Positions 1 to 7,813 of a stretch of 56,415 nucleotides of DNA are shown in pieces; position 1 is the first letter of the stretch; each line of letters starts with the position of its first letter. The position numbers were made by a program, and so were the translations under genes. The notes below the pieces were generated by a model, which had not been told where the DNA came from, did no database searches, and worked only from the letters and a program-made list of their open reading frames with translations. Origin of the DNA: a virus (Duplodnaviria > Caudoviricetes); IMG/VR virus record IMGVR_UViG_3300048572_000044, positions 1 to 56,415 of that record; one strand, 5' to 3'.

Positions 1-13
1 GGATTACACCTCA
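1..13 (-). tRNA. 5' fragment of a tRNA cut by the window edge
   Basis: Minus strand reads TGAGGTG-TA-ATCC, the same acceptor 5' strand plus U8A9 as tRNA-Asn at 43868; the rest lies outside the window. Confidence 0.4.
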
Positions 14-45
14 GAACGCTTTGCTACTTGCATACGAACTCCAAA

Positions 46-131
46 AAGCGCAAGATGGCTGGAATCGAACCAGCGACCCGGCAGATTAACTTAATAATCT
101 TATGGCTCTTACCAACTGAGCTACATCTTGC
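46..131 (-). ncRNA. tRNA-like RNA A' (8/5 fold, aberrant anticodon arm)
   Basis: GCAAGATG/CATCTTGC 8-bp acceptor; UA; D arm GCTC-AGTTGGTAA-GAGC; hairpin AGATTA-TTAAGT-TAATCT; T arm GCTGG-TTCGATT-CCAGC; no encoded CCA. Confidence 0.8.
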
Positions 132-228
132 ATAAATGACGCATTCCTAGTGAAACCTGCGTCTAGTCACCCTTATTTAGCAATGCACTGCGGAAGGCAA
201 AGGGCTTAACTGCCATAAAGACTACCTA

Positions 229-390
229 TAAAAAAACCCCATAGACGGTAAAGTTTCTGGGGTTCTCAGGTGGATAATTTCTTAACCACCGATTAAACTT
301 ACCGTCATGTTTAATCCGTGGTACGTGTATTAAATACATAGGGGTTAGCGGGATATGAATTGTCGCAGTCCTGATTTATTACACGTGCGC
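229..390 (-). promoter_or_regulatory. Structured leader/attenuator of the tRNA operon (allele 1)
   Basis: Hairpins ACGTGTA/TACACGT, GATTAAAC-(ATGACGGTAA)-GTTTAATC and GGTGG/CCACC, then terminator AACCCCA-(..TTACCGTC..)-TGGGGTT plus T-tract; the two loops are complementary. Confidence 0.7.
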
Positions 391-396
391 TATTAT
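270..396. repeat. 127-bp exact repeat, copy 1 (copy 2 at 56289-56415)
   Basis: Base-by-base identity with the last 127 nt of the window. Confidence 0.97.
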
Positions 397-421
397 TGCA
401 CATCTGAACACAATTTGTCAA
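392..421 (-). promoter_or_regulatory. sigma70-type promoter for the tRNA operon
   Basis: TTGACA (421-416), 18-nt spacer, extended -10 TGcAATAAT (400-392). Confidence 0.7.
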
Positions 422-572
422 ATTAAATCTAGTAAATATCTTAAAATTTTGCTACCAATTACTATAGAATATCCCATTAACAATACAATTATTGTTAGCT
501 TTATTCCCATTTTCTCTTTAATACCAAAATAAATTGCTATAAATGTAACGGCAGCGAATAAAATCCAATCCA

Positions 573-770
573 TCACAGTACCCCTCTATCTTGGAGAATC
601 AACAGTATGCATTTTTGCTTTAATTGCAACCTACGCCAAAAGAACCATAAATCAAGAGTTGTTAATATTGTATTAACAGACGCAATTTTTAAGATATGAT
701 CTTTTACGTATTTTATATGTTCATCCAGACGCAGATCAATCCACATTAATTCCTCATTAGTTGCCATCAA
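573..770 (-). CDS. hypothetical protein
   Basis: ORF in a tightly coupled leftward operon; GGAGG RBS. Confidence 0.55.
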   Translation of the reverse strand: MMATNEELMWIDLRLDEHIKYVKDHILKIASVNTILTTLDLWFFWRRLQLKQKCILLILQDRGVL

Positions 771-1036
771 TTACCTCCAGTTCCTAAAAATGTTGCTAAA
801 TTAGTGGGGAGATTCTGCATAAACATCATATCAGGATGAGCTAAGTCAGCACCATCCGGCAATCTATAATTGTCTAGTTTTTTATCTATTATTTGAATGA
901 TTTTAAGTTTTGGGAATGAATGACCCCTCATTTTAAGTAATCCATATTGCTCCTCAGTCAACACAATATCCCATTGCTTGGTTTCGTGGTTATATCTACG
1001 CTTCATGGTATAATCTCTTCCTAAGAATTTCATCAA
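767..1036 (-). CDS. hypothetical protein (start may be ~1006)
   Basis: Overlaps its neighbours in the operon. Confidence 0.55.
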   Translation of the reverse strand: MMKFLGRDYTMKRRYNHETKQWDIVLTEEQYGLLKMRGHSFPKLKIIQIIDKKLDNYRLPDGADLAHPDMMFMQNLPTNLATFLGTGGN

Positions 1037-1202
1037 TCCTTTTCTTATATTCTATAAACGCCTGTTCCTTATATGGGTGTGACTTACTATAAACAATAGC
1101 ATTAATGGTTTTATTATCAGCATGTTTGCAATATAAATAAGATTCCCACCATTCTTTTCCCCGTAGATTAGGCTTCTTATTCACATCAGGTAAAAACCAC
1201 AT
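996..1202 (-). CDS. hypothetical protein
   Basis: AAAGGA RBS; operon context. Confidence 0.55.
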   Translation of the reverse strand: MWFLPDVNKKPNLRGKEWWESYLYCKHADNKTINAIVYSKSHPYKEQAFIEYKKRIDEILRKRLYHEA

Positions 1203-1550
1203 GATTCAATCCTTTCTAAATACCATTTTCGCCGCATGGGAAATATGGTTCATTTATCCACCATCTTAACCTTAGCCACCTTCACCCACATGTGCTTATA
1301 TAGCAATTGCTTAAGCTCGCACCATCGTGCAATAAACAATGCTTCAATCTCAAAATCAGACCCCACATTAAATGTTTCCCACTTATTTTTTTTACCGCTC
1401 ATTTTTTATTCATCCTTCCACAATTATGGATACTACCATAAAACGCATCTTTTTTAGCCCTCTTACGAGCTAAATATTTACCAATATACCAACCGCCTAT
1501 CCACCCAAGAATACCTAAAATAATGTAATTAGCGATTATGAATTTTTCAA

Positions 1551-1868
1551 TCATAATAAACCCTCCGTTTTTGCTTGTTCCATTCTATGCGATGCCAGAG
1601 ATAACATTTCATTTCTGAATGATGGAGTATCAGGAAATCGTCTATATGGAACAAATTGTATTTGCTGTCCATTTACGAATAATTCGGCATCTTCATCAGA
1701 CATCATCATGCCCATGACAAGCTTCAATTCTTGATTTTCTTTCTTAAACATCTCAATCGTACGTTCTAAATCATACATTTGATCTTTCAATCCAGATATT
1801 TCTTTTTCCATATCTATCCGCTGTCTACGTAATATATAGCGCCATCTACGTTTAAATATTTCAATCAT
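1551..1868 (-). CDS. hypothetical coiled-coil protein
   Basis: ATGA overlap with the upstream gene; heptad pattern. Confidence 0.6.
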   Translation of the reverse strand: MIEIFKRRWRYILRRQRIDMEKEISGLKDQMYDLERTIEMFKKENQELKLVMGMMMSDEDAELFVNGQQIQFVPYRRFPDTPSFRNEMLSLASHRMEQAKTEGLL

Positions 1869-2119
1869 TCAATCACCTCAATCATTCCATTAATAAACTC
1901 TCGCATTCTATTTTCTACCATGAGTTTAGCGCCCTTAACTGTATCATGTTTATGCCAATGCTTGCCGTTTAGAAGAATCTCTGCAGTATATAGATTAATT
2001 TCCCAGACCGTACACCCCAAATCACAAATAATTAATTCGTCATTTAATGGAACCCACTCAAATTTTTTCATTTTAATCATTTTCCTTGTCCTCCAATTCA
2101 GTCCTAAACCCATTCTCAC
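1865..2119 (-). CDS. small protein of the 'LxW...TxxxAK' paralog family (true start probably ~2080)
   Basis: ILLNGKHW..DTVKGAKLMV closely matches 55402-55650. Confidence 0.65.
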   Translation of the reverse strand: MRMGLGLNWRTRKMIKMKKFEWVPLNDELIICDLGCTVWEINLYTAEILLNGKHWHKHDTVKGAKLMVENRMREFINGMIEVIE

Positions 2120-2585
2120 GCAGCCATTTATCCGGGTCTTTGATGTCTATCCAACGATTTGGCAGCGATTCCGGTTCAACCTCCAATAAACTCAGCACAT
2201 GTTCACTCCAGTGCTTCTGAGCAAATTCTTTGCATTTTTCTAAATCGTCACTACTATTTATAAATCGATGTTCACAACTAAATGTTTCATAACAGGGAGA
2301 ATCATCATAATAAGGATAATCCTTGTAAATATCGTAACCCTCTGGCTCCGTTTTCAAGAATGCATACTTTGCACAATTATCATTGTCTGGAATCCACACA
2401 AGTTTCTTAACCTTAATTTCCGGCTTAAGGTCTTTGATCATCTTAATAAGCCGTGCGCATTCATCAAGATTGTTAAAATTATCTCTTGAATCATAATCGC
2501 AGCTATCAAGCGTAACCGAATCTTGGATATAATCAATAATTTCTTGTTTAGTTGTCATCATACACCCCTTCATTAATTTCATCAA
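2073..2585 (-). CDS. hypothetical protein containing an 'LxW...LxxAK' domain
   Basis: KKLVW...DDLEKCKEFAQKHW; operon context. Confidence 0.65.
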   Translation of the reverse strand: MMKLMKGCMMTTKQEIIDYIQDSVTLDSCDYDSRDNFNNLDECARLIKMIKDLKPEIKVKKLVWIPDNDNCAKYAFLKTEPEGYDIYKDYPYYDDSPCYETFSCEHRFINSSDDLEKCKEFAQKHWSEHVLSLLEVEPESLPNRWIDIKDPDKWLRENGFRTELEDKEND

Positions 2586-2701
2586 TAATACTCTTTATTC
2601 TACAGGCTAATATATCATACACTAAAGCCTCAACGCCATCTTTAGCGACTGCATGAAATTGGCTATACTTTTTGTGTAAATCATAAAGCCTATCTAATAA
2701 C

Positions 2702-3025
2702 TTATATTTGTCCAACACTTTTCATCCTCCCATCATCTTGTTTTGTTGCGATTTTTTCTGACAGAGGGGCATCAGTGTCCTTCTGTGAAATAATTATTTT
2801 CTCATCAAATAAAATGTTCCTCAATTCTTGTCCGATTATCTTATAAAAGGACCGTAATTTAGAATGTGTTGAACTCCAATCTACATAGAATTCTTCTGCC
2901 GATATCTCTGTTATTGGCAATCTAACAAGATGAGTATCAGCTTCCCTTTGAGTAATAACATGTTTGAAAATTTCTTCTAACATATCTTTCCCAATATGTA
3001 ATTTTAAATCGGACGCATTAAACAT
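2702..3025 (-). CDS. hypothetical protein
   Basis: Coupled ORF in the leftward operon. Confidence 0.6.
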   Translation of the reverse strand: MFNASDLKLHIGKDMLEEIFKHVITQREADTHLVRLPITEISAEEFYVDWSSTHSKLRSFYKIIGQELRNILFDEKIIISQKDTDAPLSEKIATKQDDGRMKSVGQI

Positions 3026-3251
3026 TATTTTTCACCCTCCACTCAATCCCCATTTTCGTTAAATAATTCTCCATGTCAATAGCTTTTGACTTGCTATAAA
3101 TATTCTTACCAAATTTGTCAGATACTCCTAGAAGCACTCTAGTTGTGGGGCTAAGTACATTAAACAAGAACATATCAATTTTTTCCTCTGCCCAACCACG
3201 TTTAATCAGTTCGCTTTTAGTTATGCAATCATTTGTTTTGACTGTTTTCAT
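3018..3251 (-). CDS. hypothetical protein
   Basis: Coupled ORF. Confidence 0.6.
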   Translation of the reverse strand: MKTVKTNDCITKSELIKRGWAEEKIDMFLFNVLSPTTRVLLGVSDKFGKNIYSKSKAIDMENYLTKMGIEWRVKNNV

Positions 3252-3464
3252 TCAACAACTTTCTAAAAATTGATTATAAAATTTCTGAGCTTTATTTTGA
3301 GCCGTTGCCAATCTTCTAGGGGCAGAATGGAAGCTATTTGCAATGAAAAGCCCAAACGTACCGTCGGTATAAGGTATGATCTCAAATTGAATTGTTTCAT
3401 CACCAATTGTACAAATATCAGCAAAATAACTACCGTTTTGTATTTCCCATTTTAATAATTTCAT
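3252..3464 (-). CDS. small 'LxW...LxxAQ' family protein
   Basis: KLLKWE...RLATAQNKAQ; AAGGAG RBS. Confidence 0.65.
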   Translation of the reverse strand: MKLLKWEIQNGSYFADICTIGDETIQFEIIPYTDGTFGLFIANSFHSAPRRLATAQNKAQKFYNQFLESC

Positions 3465-3694
3465 AATTTCTCCTTTAATCGCTCTATATCGCTTTCACTT
3501 TCCCCGGTTGGTACTTTGGTACCACCGTCACCCTCAAAATCAATCCTGGTGGCATCTGGGTGGCTTCCTGACGGTTTTGATTCTAAAGATGCAATCCGTT
3601 TTTCTAATCCATCAATTAATTTGAGTAATTCATGATAAACCACTTCTGGAACATACCTGCGAGTTTCCCATAAGTCTCCAAGTCTTATTTTCAT
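3461..3694 (-). CDS. hypothetical protein
   Basis: GAGG RBS; ATGA overlap. Confidence 0.55.
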   Translation of the reverse strand: MKIRLGDLWETRRYVPEVVYHELLKLIDGLEKRIASLESKPSGSHPDATRIDFEGDGGTKVPTGESESDIERLKEKL

Positions 3695-4109
3695 CTCAAC
3701 ACCTCACAAGTTTTAATTTTCCTAGCCGTATCATAATATTTTCTTTTTAAAAGACTGAGATACTGTTTTATTTTATTAATTTTTGGTGGTCGAAAATCAC
3801 AAAAGTTATCTTCTCCAGTCCAGTATATGCCTTTTGTACCCGGTAAACCTATCACTTCAACACCTCACAAATCAACAAAGTCAATCCAAGATTAACCACC
3901 AGTATTCCCACGCATATTGCTCCAATTGTTACAAACTCTTTAATTGTCATACTTTTGCCTCTCTTTCATCATACAGGCAGCAATATCATATGCAATACTG
4001 GATATATCAGTGAAATTAATGGCTTCTCCGTATATTAGTTCTGAAGTTAATCCCGTCAAAACAGCCATTGCAAACTCATCTAATAACGTTTTCTCTTGTT
4101 TAACCGTTG

Positions 4110-4370
4110 TCATTTCTCACCTCCTGTTGTTGTAATGTGTTGTAAATTTATTTTAACAAATAGCTCAACTTCTTTATTTGCCAATGCTTTAGCCTCTTTT
4201 AATGTGTTGGAATTCCCCAAATTATACATAATTGATTGGTCATAATCTACACAAATTCGATAGTAATCATCCTCTTTACCAATTATGATGTCAACCATTA
4301 AATCACACCATGTAAATAAATTTGCTGACCAGACGTAAGCACTTTCTTTACGCCATTTTAGTTTTTTCAT
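4110..4370 (-). CDS. small 'LxW...TLxxAK' family protein
   Basis: KKLKWRK...NTLKEAKALA; ATGA overlap with the initiator. Confidence 0.65.
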   Translation of the reverse strand: MKKLKWRKESAYVWSANLFTWCDLMVDIIIGKEDDYYRICVDYDQSIMYNLGNSNTLKEAKALANKEVELFVKINLQHITTTGGEK

Positions 4371-5119
4371 TCCTTAGTCCTCATTTCTTCTTGTTCAATT
4401 ATTCGATTCCTACGTTCTGCAACCGCTTGACCATAAATTGGATTTCCTTTGGCGTCTGTAACTTTAGCTGCAAATGGTTGTTTAATAAACGTACCGTTTG
4501 TTACTGCAAGTAAAAATGCATTTTCAATATCTAAACCTTCTTGTGCCCATTTATGTGTTTGCATAATAGTTGCCCTTATTTGATGAGGTTGTAAACTTGG
4601 TTTTGCCATTGCATAACCTTTAATAGCCATCCATTCATCCTGTTTATATTTTACTCCCTGTTCTTTTGCTAACATTTGCCAGTTTTGAAAAGCTCCTTCT
4701 GCAATTTTTCCCAATTGGCGATTTTCCGGTAAAGGGGTAAGGGGATATATAGTATCAGGAACAGTTACAGGAACAGTTACAGGAACAGTTACAGTTGACA
4801 CTTGTTGACATGTGTTATCATGTGTTGGATTTTGTTCAACACTTTCAACATGTGTTGACACTTGTTGACGTTTGTTAGCACTTGCTTTACCCGCCTGGCT
4901 TCTCTTCTGGCGCATATCTTCCCACTTTTCATTCTCTCGATTTAACTGTGATTTAATAGGTTCAAAAACAACTGATAAGAGTAAATCGTCAATTGTATTT
5001 TCTATCCCGTTAGCATAATCTAAAATTAATTGGAATAATTTACCCTTTGTTTCGTCCGGTAATTGATCAACTACATTTTTTAAATCTGAATATAATAAAA
5101 AAGATTTTTTATTTTGCAT
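4367..5119 (-). CDS. phage replication initiator (DUF6291-like N-terminus)
   Basis: N-terminal KKSFLLY..QLPDETKGKLFQLILDY..RSQAGKASANKR is typical of phage replisome organisers; internal iteron repeats. Confidence 0.8.
   Translation of the reverse strand: MQNKKSFLLYSDLKNVVDQLPDETKGKLFQLILDYANGIENTIDDLLLSVVFEPIKSQLNRENEKWEDMRQKRSQAGKASANKRQQVSTHVESVEQNPTHDNTCQQVSTVTVPVTVPVTVPDTIYPLTPLPENRQLGKIAEGAFQNWQMLAKEQGVKYKQDEWMAIKGYAMAKPSLQPHQIRATIMQTHKWAQEGLDIENAFLLAVTNGTFIKQPFAAKVTDAKGNPIYGQAVAERRNRIIEQEEMRTKE
4756..4880. repeat. iteron cluster, putative origin inside the initiator gene
   Basis: CAGGAACAGTTA x3 (4756-4791); GTTGACACTTGTTGAC x2 (4794, 4854); ~10-bp phased TGTT motifs; lambda-O-like arrangement. 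Confidence 0.75.
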
Positions 5120-5443
5120 CTAAAATCCTTTTGCTCTTTTAATTGGGTCTGATTTAATTGGATCCGATTGATTTAATTTTGCCATTCTTTCTTGATGAGC
5201 TTCTTTGGCTTTTTGCATAAGAGTAAATTCTTCTTGCTCACTCTGACATTGAGGACAACCTTTCCAAATAATGTTGCCTGATATAGATTTATGGCACTCA
5301 TTAACATAATCCATTTTATGTGTATGGCAATAAGCATCTTTTTCTTCAATTAAACCAAATTCAACATTTCCAACACGAGTTAATTTACCGATTGATTCTT
5401 TAGTTTCAAAGGGTTTAACCCATCCATCTTTTAATTCTTTCAT
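5120..5443 (-). CDS. Zn-binding protein resembling the N-terminus of phage DnaC-type loaders, no ATPase domain
   Basis: C-x2-H...CPQC followed by a charged helix; adjacent to the initiator. Confidence 0.55.
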   Translation of the reverse strand: MKELKDGWVKPFETKESIGKLTRVGNVEFGLIEEKDAYCHTHKMDYVNECHKSISGNIIWKGCPQCQSEQEEFTLMQKAKEAHQERMAKLNQSDPIKSDPIKRAKGF

Positions 5444-5460
5444 ATTTTATACTCCATAAA

Positions 5461-5573
5461 ATAAAAAACCCCCATAGGTTGAAGGAAGTAAGCAATCAAC
5501 GAACAGGGGCTAAGAAATGTGCACAGTTTTAATATCTTACTTATACAATAACTGTGCACATGCCGATATTATA
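5461..5573 (-). promoter_or_regulatory. promoter plus structured leader/attenuator of the replication operon
   Basis: -10 TATAAT (5573-5568); 12-bp stem ATGTGCACAGTT/AACTGTGCACAT with loop AAGTAAG; terminator GCCCCTG..TGGGGGT plus T-tract with loop CTTACTT. Confidence 0.7.
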
Positions 5574-5649
5574 ACTTATAGGGAAAAGTCCTGTAGGATA
5601 TTTTCCTCTATCTTATTGTGCATTGCACAACATAAACATTAGAATAAAT

Positions 5650-5678
5650 TTGCACAGTAGGTACACTTATGGTATAGT
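5650..5678 (+). promoter_or_regulatory. rightward sigma70-type promoter
   Basis: TTGCAC-17-TATAGT with TG extension. Confidence 0.55.
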
Positions 5679-5830
5679 ACGGCATTGAATAGGATAATAA
5701 ATAGCGACCTTGCATATGTCGGAAATGATGAAAAGATAAAAAATCAATCCTTTTTTCATTAAGGACTCCATTTTTATAGATAATCATTTTGGGTAAAATA
5801 TGCAGTTTTTGAAAATTATTTTAGGAAAAT

Positions 5831-6352
5831 TTGAAAATGAAATCAGTTGAACAATGTATAAAAGAGAATGATGTTAAATCATTAAAAAAAATCTATGATG
5901 AAAATTACATTAATCAATTTCATTATCCTTTTGCTGAATTTATTTTAACCGCAGGGTTTCAAACATATTTAAAAGAAAACCCTAGTATGACTTTATTAGA
6001 AATAAGCAAACTTATTGATTTTAGTATTAAGAATGCAACCAAAAAAGAATCCAGAGAATATTATAAAAAAAGATATTGTCGTTATTCAAATTTTGATATT
6101 GACAAAAATGAACATGGATGTAGTCCCTTAATATTATGCGTAAATGATTTAACAGCCACTCTGCCAAATAATCCTATCATAGGCGCATTTTATAGCATCC
6201 GATTAGGTGAAAATGTAGCCACTGGTGCATTGGTAGCCCCTGATAATTATCCATTTTATGGTGAAGGGATATTTGATGGAAAAACTATTTTAAAAGGTCA
6301 ATATAATACTCTAACCGCAATATTTAGCGGGAAAGAATGGCTTTTACGTTAA
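5831..6352 (+). CDS. hypothetical protein with a fibre-like C-terminal beta domain (start probably 5837)
   Basis: C-terminal TATLP..GAFYSIRLG..ATGALVAP..W resembles the C-termini of the 12393-16843 fibre proteins. Confidence 0.6.
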   Translation: MKMKSVEQCIKENDVKSLKKIYDENYINQFHYPFAEFILTAGFQTYLKENPSMTLLEISKLIDFSIKNATKKESREYYKKRYCRYSNFDIDKNEHGCSPLILCVNDLTATLPNNPIIGAFYSIRLGENVATGALVAPDNYPFYGEGIFDGKTILKGQYNTLTAIFSGKEWLLR

Positions 6353-6381
6353 CAATTAAGTAATATCAAAGGAGATATGAA

Positions 6382-6531
6382 ATGAGTAAATATGAAGATA
6401 TGAGACATGCAACAAACTGGCAGAATGCAATACCAATGGCCAAAAGGCGCGAGTATTGCGATTTTTGGCATAAACAATTAGAACTTGGTTTTTGGGCTAA
6501 ATTAAGCTTATGGTTGAAAGGAAAATTATAG
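6382..6531 (+). CDS. small hypothetical protein (49 aa, not in the ORF track)
   Basis: AAGGAG RBS, ATG 6382, TAG 6529-6531; fills the gap. Confidence 0.55.
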   Translation: MSKYEDMRHATNWQNAIPMAKRREYCDFWHKQLELGFWAKLSLWLKGKL

Positions 6532-6532
6532 A

Positions 6533-6727
6533 ATGAGTTTTAACATGGAAACTTATTATGAAAAAATAATTGAATATCTTAAAAAATATCCACGAATAAA
6601 GCGTTCAGATTTAGAAGCTTTTATTGTTAAGACTTTAAAAGTTAAAGATCCGTACAAAATCATAGTAAAACTAAAAAAGCGTGGATTAATAGTTGAAGAT
6701 AAGATTATATCACTAAAAAGTGAGTAA
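6533..6727 (+). CDS. small winged-helix-like DNA-binding protein
   Basis: EKIIEYLKK..SDL..IVKLKKRGLI pattern; similar to 54854-55078. Confidence 0.55.
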   Translation: MSFNMETYYEKIIEYLKKYPRIKRSDLEAFIVKTLKVKDPYKIIVKLKKRGLIVEDKIISLKSE

Positions 6728-6832
6728 AGAATTGCGCTGTCTAGTAGCTTATGGTCATGAGAAGTTAGACGATTTGATGACTATAACTGATATGCAGCGC
6801 ATCCGTTTTAATAAATAGAGGAGATAAATAAC

Positions 6833-7813
6833 ATGGCAATTAAGATAATTAAACCAACACAACCAATATTAACTGAGAACCTGATCATTGTACTTTACGG
6901 TTCTCCAGGAGTTGGAAAGACTACGTTAGGGTTTTCTACGAATAAACCATTACTGCTTGATTTCGATTTGGGATGCCAGCGTGCATTGCAGAACATTAAA
7001 AAGCATTCTGTGCAAATCAAACAATGGTCTGATATTTCTGACTTATCTAAGGATGATTTAAAGGATCAGGATACCGGAGAAGAATTTAATACAATTGTTA
7101 TTGATACTGCTGGTAGGTTATTAGAAATAATGGAAACTCAGATTAAAAATGATAATCCTAGATTAATTAATAAAATGAATGGCGGTTTATCATTACCGGG
7201 ATATGGTCAATTAAATACAATGTTTAAAAGCTTTATGATGAAGCTAAAATCATATGGTAAAGATATAATCTTAATAATGCATGACAAAGAAGATAAAAGC
7301 GGTGATACCGTATTTGTCAGACCTGATGCTATAGGTAGTAGTAAGACTGAGATAACAAAAATTGCTGATCTTATGGGGTATGTATCAATGAGCGGTAAAG
7401 AACGCCATATTGACTTTAACCCAACCGAGAATCATTTAGGTAAGAACTGCGCTGAAATAGCTGAACAAAAAATACCTAATCTTGTTGAGCATAAAGAATT
7501 TTTAGCAGATTTAATTGCATTTACTAAAGATAAGATGAATGCTAAAAGTGAAGAAATGATACAGGCAGAAATTGAATTTGATGAGGCATTGAATCTTATT
7601 TGTTTAGCTGAAACTGTCGAAGATTTTAATAAACTTACTGCGCATAAAATGATTGCTGGTAAAACAGGGAATAAGATATTAAGAGTTAAATTAATGGATG
7701 AAGCTAAAGCAAATGGCTTTGCTTATCATGTTGAATCAAAGTGTTTTAGTCCTATAGTTCCAACTCCAGAAACCGTAGCACCTCCTGCTGAAACACCAGA
7801 GGTTGCGGTATAA
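6833..7813 (+). CDS. AAA_24 / Sak4-like recombination ATPase
   Basis: Walker A YGSPGVGKTT, LLLDFD, Walker B IVIDT; next to an exonuclease and ssb. Confidence 0.85.
   Translation: MAIKIIKPTQPILTENLIIVLYGSPGVGKTTLGFSTNKPLLLDFDLGCQRALQNIKKHSVQIKQWSDISDLSKDDLKDQDTGEEFNTIVIDTAGRLLEIMETQIKNDNPRLINKMNGGLSLPGYGQLNTMFKSFMMKLKSYGKDIILIMHDKEDKSGDTVFVRPDAIGSSKTEITKIADLMGYVSMSGKERHIDFNPTENHLGKNCAEIAEQKIPNLVEHKEFLADLIAFTKDKMNAKSEEMIQAEIEFDEALNLICLAETVEDFNKLTAHKMIAGKTGNKILRVKLMDEAKANGFAYHVESKCFSPIVPTPETVAPPAETPEVAV

Noticed and set aside
4756-4880. CRISPR-like array
   Set aside because: Short tandem 10-12-bp units without unique spacers, inside the initiator gene; they are iterons
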